Origin: Clostridia bacterium
Lineage (GTDB): Bacteria; Bacillota; Clostridia; Oscillospirales; UBA644
Reading direction: 5' to 3'
Assembly (NCBI GenBank): GCA_017440085.1
Contig: JAFSHW010000012.1
Span: 16,931-80,930, forward strand
Length of the DNA: 64,000 nt
Under the pieces are notes generated by a model. The model worked only from the letters and a program-made list of their open reading frames with translations. It did no database searches and was not told where the DNA came from. Position numbers and translations under genes: made by a program. Shown in pieces: positions 9,317 through 17,959 of the stretch; the stretch's first letter is position 1; each line of letters opens with the position of its first letter.

Positions 9317-10237
9317 ATGAAAAAACGCATTTTAATGTTGTTGCTTGCAGCTGCGATGATTTCCCTCACAGGTTGCCCAAACTCTGAAATCGAGCAGGGA
9401 GAAACAGACAGAGAAAATGAAAATTACGTAAATACTACGGATGAAGAACTCTCTGATGTTCCAAGCACGGAAAGAGACGAAGAAACGGAAAGCGTTGAAC
9501 CTTCAATTCCCGGCTCTGACGGACCGTCTAAACCGGTTGAAGATGACGAGAATCAAGAAGCTGAGGACCAAGGAGAACAAACGGTACCCTCAAATCCCGA
9601 CGTCATAACTCCCGAAGATGGGCCTTACGAATGGGAAGACCCCACGGAAGATCACGTCTGCGATGAGCCGCAAGAAAACCCCGACGTCGGAAGCTACGAT
9701 GCAAAACCCGTAATATACCTCTACCCCGAAGAAACTATGGAAATTTCCGTAGAATTGGATTATAACGGAACGTTTACAACGACTTATCCTGCGTATAACG
9801 ATGGCTGGAACGTGGTTGCAAATCCCGATGGAACCATAGAATACAACGGAAGAGAATACTACTGTTTATTCTGGGAAGGTATTTCAAACGTTTATTATCA
9901 AATTGACAAGGGCTTCTGTGTAAAAGGAGAAGATACTGAAAAATTCTTGGAAGAATCGCTGAAAAAGCTTGGTCTGACAGACAAAGAAGCTAACGAATTT
10001 ATTATTTATTGGCTTCCCAAAATGGAAAACAATGCGTATAATGTAATTTCTTTCCAGGAAGAGCTTTATACGGAAAACGCAGAGTTGATAATCTCCCCTA
10101 CACCCGATACTCTTATCCGAGTATTTATGGCGTGGAAAGGCGTTGACGAGTTCGTGAAAATCGAACCTCAAACCCTTACCGCACCTGAAAGAAACGGTTT
10201 CACCGTTATCGAGTGGGGCGGCTCAGAACTTAAATAA
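9317..10237 (+). CDS. Lipoprotein with an acidic linker and a conserved C-terminal domain of unknown function
   Basis: The signal peptide ends in the lipobox ISLTGC and is followed by a D/E/P-rich linker. The C-terminal 178 aa are nearly identical to the C-terminus of the next gene. Confidence 0.8.
   Translation: MKKRILMLLLAAAMISLTGCPNSEIEQGETDRENENYVNTTDEELSDVPSTERDEETESVEPSIPGSDGPSKPVEDDENQEAEDQGEQTVPSNPDVITPEDGPYEWEDPTEDHVCDEPQENPDVGSYDAKPVIYLYPEETMEISVELDYNGTFTTTYPAYNDGWNVVANPDGTIEYNGREYYCLFWEGISNVYYQIDKGFCVKGEDTEKFLEESLKKLGLTDKEANEFIIYWLPKMENNAYNVISFQEELYTENAELIISPTPDTLIRVFMAWKGVDEFVKIEPQTLTAPERNGFTVIEWGGSELK
9701..10237 (+). repeat. Copy 1 of a 537-bp duplicated gene module (C-terminal domain of the tandem lipoproteins)
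   Basis: It aligns collinearly with 11266-11802 at a constant offset of 1565 bp. The encoded 178 aa differ at 9 positions. Confidence 0.9.
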
Positions 10238-10248
10238 GGAGAATAATT

Positions 10249-11802
10249 ATGAAAAAAAGATTATTAACTATATTACTTGCAGCTACTATGATTTCAATGA
10301 CAGGTTGCTTAAACTCTGAAATTGAAAAACCAAATGAAGGCGAAATTTCAGTTAATCCTGCAGACCCAGGCTCCGACGGACCGTCTAAACCTGTTGAGGA
10401 AGAACCTGAATCTATGACAGTTTCTACCGTAATCATAGGAGATAACGCGATTTTAAACATAAGTCCTGTTGACGGTGCTTTAGGTTATGAAGTTTACGTT
10501 AACGGAACGCTTTTAGAAAAAATTTCCGAAACGACGTATACATTAAATAATACCCAAGTAAACGTCGGTTTAAATGAAATTTCTATCAAAGCATATAACG
10601 AATCCGGTTACATTGAAAGTGTTAATACGACCGTAGGAAAACTTTCAACACCAACAGTTTCGATTGAAGATAACATCTTAACTATTACTCAAGATGTAGA
10701 TAATGCAATTGGATATAAAATATACGATGAAGCAGGAGCTTACATAACGAATATCCGAGCTGGAAGCACTTACGACTTTAACAATATGTCACTTGAAAAA
10801 GGAGAACACTACCTAAGCATTCAATCTTATGGTTCACACTCTGTGGGTTGGCTGCCTTCCGAAAGGGAAACATTTATCATCTCTAATAAATCCGAGCCAA
10901 CGTGCGAAATTCCCCACCAAACACCAAAAATTTCATTTCATAATAAATACTTAACAATTTCATTAGATCCAACCGGAACATACCCGCAAGAAGAAACTTT
11001 AAGAATGTATATTAACGAAGAAATTGTTTGTCTCGGACGCGATATTTGGAAAGTTTTCTTCCCAGAAAACATTTATTCCCAAACATTTGATTTTGCTACA
11101 TTTGACTTAAAAGTCGGCGATGTTATAACAGTTAAAACCTCCTGCGCTTTTGAAGAAGATAATGAAGAGCTTGTTGCTTCAATTACATTAACCGAGGAGC
11201 ATTTTTGTTATGATGCCCCAATTGAAGACCCAGACTTCACTGAAGACCCTGAAAATCCGGGAACTGCAAAACCCGTAATCTACCTCTACCCCGAAGAAAC
11301 TATGGAAATTTCCGTGGAATTGGATTACAACGGAATGTTTACAACGACTTATCCTTCATACAACAATGGTTGGAAAGTGGTCGCAAATCCTGATGGAACG
11401 ATAAACTACAATGGCAGAGAATACTATTGCTTATTCTGGGAAGGTATTTCAAACGTCTATTATCAAATTGACAAGGGCTTCTGCGTAAAAGGCGAAGATA
11501 CGGAAAAATTCCTGGAAGAATCCCTTAAAAAGCTTGGTTTGACAGATAAAGAGGCTAATGAATTTATCATTTATTGGCTGCCCAAAATGGAAAACAATGC
11601 GTATAATGTAATTTCTTTCCAGGAAGAGCTTTATACGGAAAACGCAGAGTTGACAATCTCCCCTGCACCCGATACTCTTATCCGAGTATTTATGGCGTGG
11701 AAAGGCGTTGACGAGTTCGTGGAAATCGAACCTCAAACCCTTACATCACCCGAAAGAAACGGATTTACCGTTATCGAATGGGGCGGCTCTGAACTGAAAT
11801 AA
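10249..11802 (+). CDS. Lipoprotein paralog with inserted Ig/FN3-like middle region and the same C-terminal domain
   Basis: The signal peptide ends in the lipobox ISMTGC, and the PGSDGPSKPVE linker motif is shared with the upstream gene. The middle region of about 270 aa is beta-rich. The C-terminal 178 aa match 169/178 residues of the upstream gene by hand alignment. Confidence 0.8.
   Translation: MKKRLLTILLAATMISMTGCLNSEIEKPNEGEISVNPADPGSDGPSKPVEEEPESMTVSTVIIGDNAILNISPVDGALGYEVYVNGTLLEKISETTYTLNNTQVNVGLNEISIKAYNESGYIESVNTTVGKLSTPTVSIEDNILTITQDVDNAIGYKIYDEAGAYITNIRAGSTYDFNNMSLEKGEHYLSIQSYGSHSVGWLPSERETFIISNKSEPTCEIPHQTPKISFHNKYLTISLDPTGTYPQEETLRMYINEEIVCLGRDIWKVFFPENIYSQTFDFATFDLKVGDVITVKTSCAFEEDNEELVASITLTEEHFCYDAPIEDPDFTEDPENPGTAKPVIYLYPEETMEISVELDYNGMFTTTYPSYNNGWKVVANPDGTINYNGREYYCLFWEGISNVYYQIDKGFCVKGEDTEKFLEESLKKLGLTDKEANEFIIYWLPKMENNAYNVISFQEELYTENAELTISPAPDTLIRVFMAWKGVDEFVEIEPQTLTSPERNGFTVIEWGGSELK
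11266..11802 (+). repeat. Copy 2 of the 537-bp duplicated gene module
   Basis: See copy 1. The sub-block 11581-11721 differs from 10016-10156 at only 2 nt by hand alignment. Confidence 0.9.
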
Positions 11803-11815
11803 ACATATCTTTTTT

Positions 11816-11862
11816 GTGGAAAAAACTAATTTTACAAAAATGGTTTTTTCCACATTCTTTTT
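11816..11862 (+). terminator. Intrinsic terminator after the lipoprotein pair
   Basis: An 11-bp stem pairs GTGGAAAAAAC with GTTTTTTCCAC around a 16-nt loop, followed by ATTCTTTTT. Confidence 0.6.
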
Positions 11863-11908
11863 ATAAAACTATTGATATTCCCAAACCTGATTTTCTTGGG
11901 AGAGGTTT

Positions 11909-11946
11909 GGAGAGCCCTTCTTTTCACACGAAAAGAAGGGCTCTCC
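11909..11946. terminator. Perfect 16-bp stem-loop in the convergent intergenic gap (probable terminator for the PIG-L gene)
   Basis: GGAGAGCCCTTCTTTT, loop CACACG, then AAAGAAGGGCTCTCC-type complement. It lies 22 nt beyond the PIG-L stop. No clear U-tract is present on either strand. Confidence 0.45.
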
Positions 11947-11967
11947 TCAAATAATTATATTCAATTC

Positions 11968-12777
11968 TTAGTCAAAAATTTCGTTAAGTTCTTCTTTACT
12001 GATAACTGTGCCGTACTCGCAAATTTCAAAGAATTCAGCGTGTTTGATTGCATTGCCTTTTTCTTCACCGTATTTCCAAACAAGGAAATCTCTGTATTTG
12101 TTAGCATTGTTGAAATCTCTTATACCCCAATGCTTGTAAATCATATCAATCTGACCTTCGTGGTCTGCAGGAACTTCGTCAGCATAGCCGTCAATCCAAG
12201 GAAGCCATTCAATAAACTGAGATTCCTGCATTGAAAGCATTTCCATTTTTTCAGCCTGATAGTCAGTAGTATCAACTGCAACCGTGGGTTCAAAAGGATA
12301 GGGTTTTACAAAATTATCCTGCATATGGAGAATAACGGGAGTTTTCTTCATAGCGGGTGCTTCGGGGCAGAACAGAGGTACTGCGAGAAGATATGCGGAG
12401 TCAAGAACCAACTGAGCTGTATTTCTGTGGTCAACGTGGTAGTCGCAGGGGCGGTGCGTGAAAATAATATCGGGGCTGTAATTTCTGATAGCAGCGGTAA
12501 CTTTAACTCTGTTTTCAACCGTTGCTTCAATATGGCAATCGTGAATATCAAGAACTCTGTAATCAATACCGTATTTTTTACCTACTGCCTGGGTTTCGTT
12601 GAATCTTCTTGCTGCAAGCTCTTCGCAAGTATGTACTTGATGACCGTGGTCACCGTTTGAAACGGAAAGGAAGCAAACTTCTCCGCCGGCTTCAAGAACT
12701 TTCATAGCTGTGCCTCCTGCGCAAATATCGCAGTCATCGGGGTGCGCGCCGATTATCATAAGTTTAATTTTTTTCAT
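11968..12777 (-). CDS. PIG-L/LmbE family N-acetylglucosaminyl deacetylase
   Basis: The N-terminal motif IIGAHPDDCDICAGGT and a downstream HRDH-type His cluster (HRPCDYHVDHRN) are present; 269 aa. Confidence 0.8.
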   Translation of the reverse strand: MKKIKLMIIGAHPDDCDICAGGTAMKVLEAGGEVCFLSVSNGDHGHQVHTCEELAARRFNETQAVGKKYGIDYRVLDIHDCHIEATVENRVKVTAAIRNYSPDIIFTHRPCDYHVDHRNTAQLVLDSAYLLAVPLFCPEAPAMKKTPVILHMQDNFVKPYPFEPTVAVDTTDYQAEKMEMLSMQESQFIEWLPWIDGYADEVPADHEGQIDMIYKHWGIRDFNNANKYRDFLVWKYGEEKGNAIKHAEFFEICEYGTVISKEELNEIFD

Positions 12778-12821
12778 TATTTTTATTCCCTTCTTGAATA
12801 TCTTCTTTATTACAATGTCGA

Positions 12822-13304
12822 TTATTTACCCGACATAATTTCATCTGTAAGTTTTTCCTGAATTGCAAACATTTCCTCTTTTTCATCTTCTTCTGCGTGG
12901 TCGTAGCCCAAAAGATGAAGCACAGAGTGCGTAGTAAGCAACGTTACTTCTCTGAGAAGAGAAGCTTCAGCGCCATCTCTTTCCTCACATTGGCGTTTTG
13001 CAAATTCCAAAGAAAGAGCTATATCGCCTAAGAAACAAGGGAAGCCGTCTTCCTCGTCGTATTCGTCAAGCTCTCCTGAGGGGAAGGAAAGCACGTCCGT
13101 AGGAGCGTCAACCTCTCGGAAATCTCTGTTAAGCTCTCTGATACCTTTATCCGAAACCAATTTCACGTCGATTTCGCAAGGGAATTCTATTCCTTCGTGA
13201 TTCAAAACTGCCTCTGCAGACTTTTTGAACGATGCCTTAATAGCGTCGTCAACTTTTACTTTGCGCTGAGCGTTGATTAAATTGATTGTAACTCCCATTT
13301 TCAA
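12822..13304 (-). CDS. ybeY: rRNA maturation endoribonuclease YbeY
   Basis: Zinc-binding motif HSVLHLLGYDH; 160 aa; located downstream of phoH. Confidence 0.9.
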   Translation of the reverse strand: MKMGVTINLINAQRKVKVDDAIKASFKKSAEAVLNHEGIEFPCEIDVKLVSDKGIRELNRDFREVDAPTDVLSFPSGELDEYDEEDGFPCFLGDIALSLEFAKRQCEERDGAEASLLREVTLLTTHSVLHLLGYDHAEEDEKEEMFAIQEKLTDEIMSGK

Positions 13305-13315
13305 CGTCCTTTCCT

Positions 13316-14326
13316 TTATTGAGGTTTAAAATATTTTTTATAAGTTTTTTCGCCATTAAGTTTCTTTTCTTCAGCTCTTTTTATATCGTATTTTTCGTAC
13401 GCCTGAATAATTTTCTGAACCAGCTGATGTCTTACCACGTCTCTGAAAGTAAGCTGACAAATTGCAATATCGTCAATATCTTTCAGAATCTTCATCGCCT
13501 CTTTCAAGCCGCTTTTTTTATCGTTAGGTAAATCTATCTGAGTAATATCGCCCGTAATGATTGCCTTGGAATTAAAGCCGAGACGGGTAAGAAACATTTT
13601 CATCTGCTCACTTGTGGTGTTTTGCGCCTCGTCAAGAATAATAAAACTATCGTCAAGAGTTCTGCCTCGCATATACGCCAATGGAGCAATTTCAATAATG
13701 TTTTTCTCCACGTATCTGTGGTAAGTTTCAGTTCCCAGCATATCGAAGAGGGCATCGTTAAGGGGTCTGAGGTAAGGGTCAACCTTGTTTTGCAAATCGC
13801 CGGGAAGGAACCCCAGTTTCTCCCCAGCTTCAACGGCAGGTCTAGTGAGAATGATTCTGTTTATCTGCTTATTTCTCAATGCGGTAACCGCCATTGCTAC
13901 GGCAAGGTAAGTTTTACCGGTACCTGCAGGGCCAATACCTAAAGTGATAGTATTTGAAGCAATAGCTTTAACGTATTCTTTCTGACCCAAAGTTTTAGGC
14001 TTTATGGGTCTACCCTTTGCGGTAATGCAAATATTATCTGCGCCCAATTCTGCAAGAAATTGCTCGTTACCTTCATCAACCATTGAAATGACGTAGGTAA
14101 CCGTTTGGGCTGAAATATTTTCGTTGCGGCGAGCCATATCAGTGAGGACTCGCAAGACCCGCATTGCTTTTTCAACGGATTCGGAGCTGCCGCTGATTTT
14201 AACACCTGAATCGCGAGTAGTAATATCAACGCTGCATTCCTTTTCGATAATCTTTACGTTTTCATCAAAATTACCGAAAATATTCCCTGCAATTTCTATA
14301 TTCTCAAGCTGGAGAAATTCATCCAT
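13316..14326 (-). CDS. phoH: PhoH-like ATPase
   Basis: Walker A motif GPAGTGKTYLAVA and the FIILDEAQN box are present; 336 aa; conserved yqfD-phoH-ybeY order. Confidence 0.9.
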   Translation of the reverse strand: MDEFLQLENIEIAGNIFGNFDENVKIIEKECSVDITTRDSGVKISGSSESVEKAMRVLRVLTDMARRNENISAQTVTYVISMVDEGNEQFLAELGADNICITAKGRPIKPKTLGQKEYVKAIASNTITLGIGPAGTGKTYLAVAMAVTALRNKQINRIILTRPAVEAGEKLGFLPGDLQNKVDPYLRPLNDALFDMLGTETYHRYVEKNIIEIAPLAYMRGRTLDDSFIILDEAQNTTSEQMKMFLTRLGFNSKAIITGDITQIDLPNDKKSGLKEAMKILKDIDDIAICQLTFRDVVRHQLVQKIIQAYEKYDIKRAEEKKLNGEKTYKKYFKPQ

Positions 14327-14347
14327 TATTTTTTCCGTCCTTATATT

Positions 14348-15559
14348 TTAATCTTTAATTTCAACTTCAATTTCACGCCAATGGCAAATATCCTCAATAA
14401 CAGTGCAATCCAAAACTCCGCAAACGCCCTCATCTGTAACTGAAAACGCCGTTTCAGCTTCTTCAATTTCAAGCCCGTGGAGGTCTATACGAAGAGTTTC
14501 GTCAAAAACGGAAGATATATATTCCTTAGCCGACTCTTCATCATAAGAAACAGATTCAAGCTCCTGCTCATAAAGCACGGTAGTTACCAATGAAATGGGC
14601 AACACTATGTTTTCGCCGATGCAAAGCTCTTTTTCCTCTGAAACAGACTCAAAATACTCATAGTTCACTTTATTGAAAAACGAAAGATTTACGCTGATAC
14701 CGAAAATTTTAAGCGCATAAAATTTGTCGCTTTCGCCCGTAGCTATCGTTTCCGTTGATTCAAAGGGGCAAAATTCAGTGTATGTTCTTCTTGTTCTTGC
14801 CAATATTTTTGCATCTGAATGGACCAATCTGTAGCCTATAACCTTGCTGTTATAAACACCGCTGACAAGTAATTGCCCTTTACGCACCGCTTGAAAATTT
14901 TCCACTTGAGGAATTCCTTTATAAGCTTCAATCAGCAGAATTTGTCCGTCCCGTTTCGCAAAAATATTCCCAGGTGCAGAGCCGTCCTTTTCTGGGGGCA
15001 CGGTGCTTTCGTCAACCTCAACCTGAACCTTTGAACCTTTTACGTTTATGGTAATATAGGCAATTTTATCGTAATTATGCATAATGCTGTATCTTATCCG
15101 CGGTAAATCGTGGCCTGAGTTAAGAGCTCCAACGTAAATACCGTTTTCAGCCAGTGTTGACAATAAATTCTCTTCAGGATAAGAAACCAAACCGGAAATC
15201 TCAATCTTCCAAATAAAAGAAGACATTATTATAAACATAACCACGGAAAACACAGCTCCTGCAAGAATCCCGGAACGAAGCTTATATTTTAAAATATCTT
15301 CGATCAAGCCTTCTGTTTTCTTTACCGTAATTTCCATTTCACGCAAGCTTTGAGTTGAATCGGCAATTTCAAAAAGTTTCTCCGAAGAAAAGGAATGAAT
15401 TTTAAAGCTTATTCTGCACTGATTTATTTTTCGTATATCCCAAATTTCAATATTTTCATTTTTTACGGCGTTAAGCAGTTCTTCAGTATAAAATCCGCAA
15501 ACGTCTATCTCTTGCCAACCAACGAAGTAATCCCCGTAATCAGTAACCGTTTTTCGCAA
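14348..15559 (-). CDS. yqfD: Sporulation protein YqfD
   Basis: It is 403 aa with a single central TM helix. Its position between yqfC and phoH is typical of spore formers. Confidence 0.8.
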   Translation of the reverse strand: MRKTVTDYGDYFVGWQEIDVCGFYTEELLNAVKNENIEIWDIRKINQCRISFKIHSFSSEKLFEIADSTQSLREMEITVKKTEGLIEDILKYKLRSGILAGAVFSVVMFIIMSSFIWKIEISGLVSYPEENLLSTLAENGIYVGALNSGHDLPRIRYSIMHNYDKIAYITINVKGSKVQVEVDESTVPPEKDGSAPGNIFAKRDGQILLIEAYKGIPQVENFQAVRKGQLLVSGVYNSKVIGYRLVHSDAKILARTRRTYTEFCPFESTETIATGESDKFYALKIFGISVNLSFFNKVNYEYFESVSEEKELCIGENIVLPISLVTTVLYEQELESVSYDEESAKEYISSVFDETLRIDLHGLEIEEAETAFSVTDEGVCGVLDCTVIEDICHWREIEVEIKD

Positions 15560-15565
15560 AGGAAC

Positions 15566-15853
15566 TCACTCCTCAAACTCAAAAGAGGTAACTTTTCCGC
15601 AAATCATAACCGATTGTTTGGTAAGATTTTTCAGATTAAGCCCGCTTCCGTAGAATCTGATTTTTTGACTTCCCGCTAAAAGCTTTATAGTTTCCGTATC
15701 GTATTCAACGATTACTACCCCTTTATATTCCTCAACGGACACTTGATTCCTACCGTAAAACTCTATTTGAGGAAGCGAAGGGATAACTGATTTCCCATTT
15801 GAAATTGTTCTTCTGTTTTTCAAAATTTCCACGCTCCGATATAATCTATTCAA
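15566..15853 (-). CDS. yqfC: Sporulation protein YqfC (YabP family)
   Basis: It is 95 aa, with a YabP-like beta-rich sequence (IEFYGRNQVSVEEYKGVV...). It lies immediately upstream of yqfD. Confidence 0.75.
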   Translation of the reverse strand: MNRLYRSVEILKNRRTISNGKSVIPSLPQIEFYGRNQVSVEEYKGVVIVEYDTETIKLLAGSQKIRFYGSGLNLKNLTKQSVMICGKVTSFEFEE

Positions 15854-15892
15854 TATAGATTATTCGGAAAACACGCAGATAATGACCTTTGC

Positions 15893-16369
15893 TTATGAAA
15901 AGTACTTTATTCCCGTGAAGCTATCGTCTTCGGTCCATTCACCCAAAGCTTCAACGTATTTTTCCGAAAAGAAAACAGGCAAATATTCCGCGAAATTAGG
16001 GGACAACTGTCTTTCGTAAAGCTCCTTTTTGGGAATCCAAAAAATATCGCCCTCATCCGTACCTGCTGAAAGCTCTCCACAGAAAGAAGATGTTTTGTAT
16101 AAAAATTCAAGATAGCGACCGCTTCCGTCAGATTTGCACCAATCTATCATACCGCAAGGCTCAAGGTCCTTTACATCAAGCCCGGTTTCCTCTTTGACCT
16201 CACGAATTGCGCCTTGGAAAAAGCTTTCCCCAGCTTCAATATGACCTCCGGGAAAGCTTAAACCCGGATATTTTTTCAAACGGTTAATTACTAATACCTC
16301 GTCAGTATCTTTATTGAAAACCATTACCATCGTAGTCATTTCCGCAACTAAATTACGAGACACAATCAA
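15893..16369 (-). CDS. NUDIX hydrolase
   Basis: The Nudix box GGHIEAGESFFQGAIREVKEETGL is present. The start is uncertain: TTG at 16369 is only 3 nt from GAAGGA, and GTG at 16363 has better spacing. Confidence 0.8.
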   Translation of the reverse strand: MIVSRNLVAEMTTMVMVFNKDTDEVLVINRLKKYPGLSFPGGHIEAGESFFQGAIREVKEETGLDVKDLEPCGMIDWCKSDGSGRYLEFLYKTSSFCGELSAGTDEGDIFWIPKKELYERQLSPNFAEYLPVFFSEKYVEALGEWTEDDSFTGIKYFS

Positions 16370-16454
16370 CTATCCTTCACATTCCAATATTTCTAATATA
16401 ATTATACCACATAATTACAAAAAATCAAGCCCTAAAGAAAAATTTCCTTAAATA

Positions 16455-16512
16455 AACAAAAAAAGATTCCACAATAATGAAGAAATCAACTTCTCATTTA
16501 CTATGGAATCTT
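16455..16512 (-). terminator. Intrinsic terminator after pyrE
   Basis: A long imperfect hairpin has AGATTCCA/TGGAATCT as its outer stem. On the minus strand it is followed by a T-run (CTTTTTTTGTTT). Confidence 0.55.
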
Positions 16513-16610
16513 TTCATTTAATTTAAACCATTTTGAAACTTAAATTTTTCGTCTGTTTAGTACTGCGAGAGCGAAGAAACGACAAGGTACGGAAAATATC
16601 TCCGCAAAAA

Positions 16611-17267
16611 TTATTTTGTGCCGTATTGAGCTCTATACTCCAACATCGCAGGAACGTATTCTTTACCTTTAATAAGTCCGCTTTCTGCTGCGGCAATGAT
16701 ATCAAGGATGGTTACGATGGGATATACAGTTACACCGAAATCACGTTTAACTTCTTCAACTGCGGAAAGTTCGCTGGTGAGACCTCTTTCCATACGGTCA
16801 ACCTGAATTACCATAGAAGAAACGTCTACGTTTGCTTCAGCTTTGAGCTTGGGAAGAACTTCGCGGAGAGCTTTACCTGAAGTCATAACATCTTCGATGA
16901 TAACGATTTTTTCACCGTCTTTAAGCTGTTTACCAACTATGAGGCCACCTTCGCCGTGGTCTTTTGCTTCTTTCCTATCGAAAGCATAGTTAAGGTCAAT
17001 GCCGTATTTGTTAAAAAGAGAAGCAGCTGCAGTTGCGGCAAGAGGAATACCCTTGTAAGCAGGTCCAAAGAGAGTTTCAGCCTGAATGTTGTTTTCTTTG
17101 ATGCAATCAGCGTAAAATTCGCCGAGACGTGCAAGCTGAGCGCCTGTATTATAGTTTCCTGCGTTGATGAAATAGGGTGCCTGTCTGCCACTCTTTAATG
17201 TAAAGCTGCCGAATGTGAGAACACCGCATTCTTCCATAAATTTGATAAAACTTTCTTTATAAGTCAT
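16611..17267 (-). CDS. pyrE: Orotate phosphoribosyltransferase
   Basis: The N-terminal region reads FGSFTLKSGRQAPYFINAG and the PRPP motif is IVIIEDVMTSGKA; 218 aa. Confidence 0.9.
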   Translation of the reverse strand: MTYKESFIKFMEECGVLTFGSFTLKSGRQAPYFINAGNYNTGAQLARLGEFYADCIKENNIQAETLFGPAYKGIPLAATAAASLFNKYGIDLNYAFDRKEAKDHGEGGLIVGKQLKDGEKIVIIEDVMTSGKALREVLPKLKAEANVDVSSMVIQVDRMERGLTSELSAVEEVKRDFGVTVYPIVTILDIIAAAESGLIKGKEYVPAMLEYRAQYGTK

Positions 17268-17286
17268 TTTGATTATCCCCTTTATA

Positions 17287-17940
17287 TCAATTTTTTTTCT
17301 TTCCTAAATTAAATTTATTTTCAGTGCCGTTAATGAGTCTTTTAATATTTTCACGGTGTCTGATAATAAGCATAAGACTGTTTACTGCACATACTGCACA
17401 AAGCAACCACCAGTAATTTTTGCCGAAATTAAGAAGGGCGATAGCTACGGGAACGCAAGCAGATGCAATAATAGAAGAAATAGAAACTATCTTGCTAATG
17501 AAAAAGATTGCAAGGAAGAGAGCGAAAAGAACTATGAATACGCGCCAATCAACAACTATTGCCAAAGCACCGCAAGTTGTAACTCCTTTTCCTCCCTTAA
17601 AGCCGTGGAAGCAAGGATACATATTGCCGAACATAACGCCTATAACCGCTATTGCGCCTGTAATCTGAGGCCCAAGCTCGCCGAGAGCAAGAGGGTCAAC
17701 TGGCCAAGCATGGCGTGCTATAATGCCGAAAATTACACCTTTGAGAATTTCCATTGCCATAACGGAAATACCCCATTTTGCACCCATTACTCGGACAACG
17801 TTGGTACCGCCTGCATTTCCGCTTCCGTGGGCGCGAATATCCGTTTTTCCGATATATTTGGTAACGAGCACTGATAAATTTATACTGCCTAAAACGTATC
17901 CGATTGCAAGAAGAATTATAATTTGAATCATAGATGTCAA
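17287..17940 (-). CDS. plsY: Glycerol-3-phosphate acyltransferase PlsY
   Basis: The GSGNAGGTNVVR motif is present in a polytopic membrane protein of 217 aa. It lies downstream of der, as is common in Firmicutes. Confidence 0.9.
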   Translation of the reverse strand: MTSMIQIIILLAIGYVLGSINLSVLVTKYIGKTDIRAHGSGNAGGTNVVRVMGAKWGISVMAMEILKGVIFGIIARHAWPVDPLALGELGPQITGAIAVIGVMFGNMYPCFHGFKGGKGVTTCGALAIVVDWRVFIVLFALFLAIFFISKIVSISSIIASACVPVAIALLNFGKNYWWLLCAVCAVNSLMLIIRHRENIKRLINGTENKFNLGKKKN

Positions 17941-17959
17941 ATCCTTTCAAAATTGAATT

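Noticed and set aside
9884-10171. A pair of near-identical 95-aa minus-strand ORFs (9884-10171 and 11449-11736) could be mistaken for a duplicated small gene.
   Set aside because: They are the antisense frame of the duplicated lipoprotein C-terminal module. Their similarity simply reflects that duplication.
11816-11853. The stems of several terminator hairpins resemble each other: GTGGAAAAAAC at 11816, GTGGGAAAAAC at 37674 and TGTGGGGAA at about 26041. I considered a possible dispersed repeat family.
   Set aside because: The shared part is short and of the generic G-clamp plus A/T-run type expected for intrinsic terminators. The loops and flanks are unrelated.
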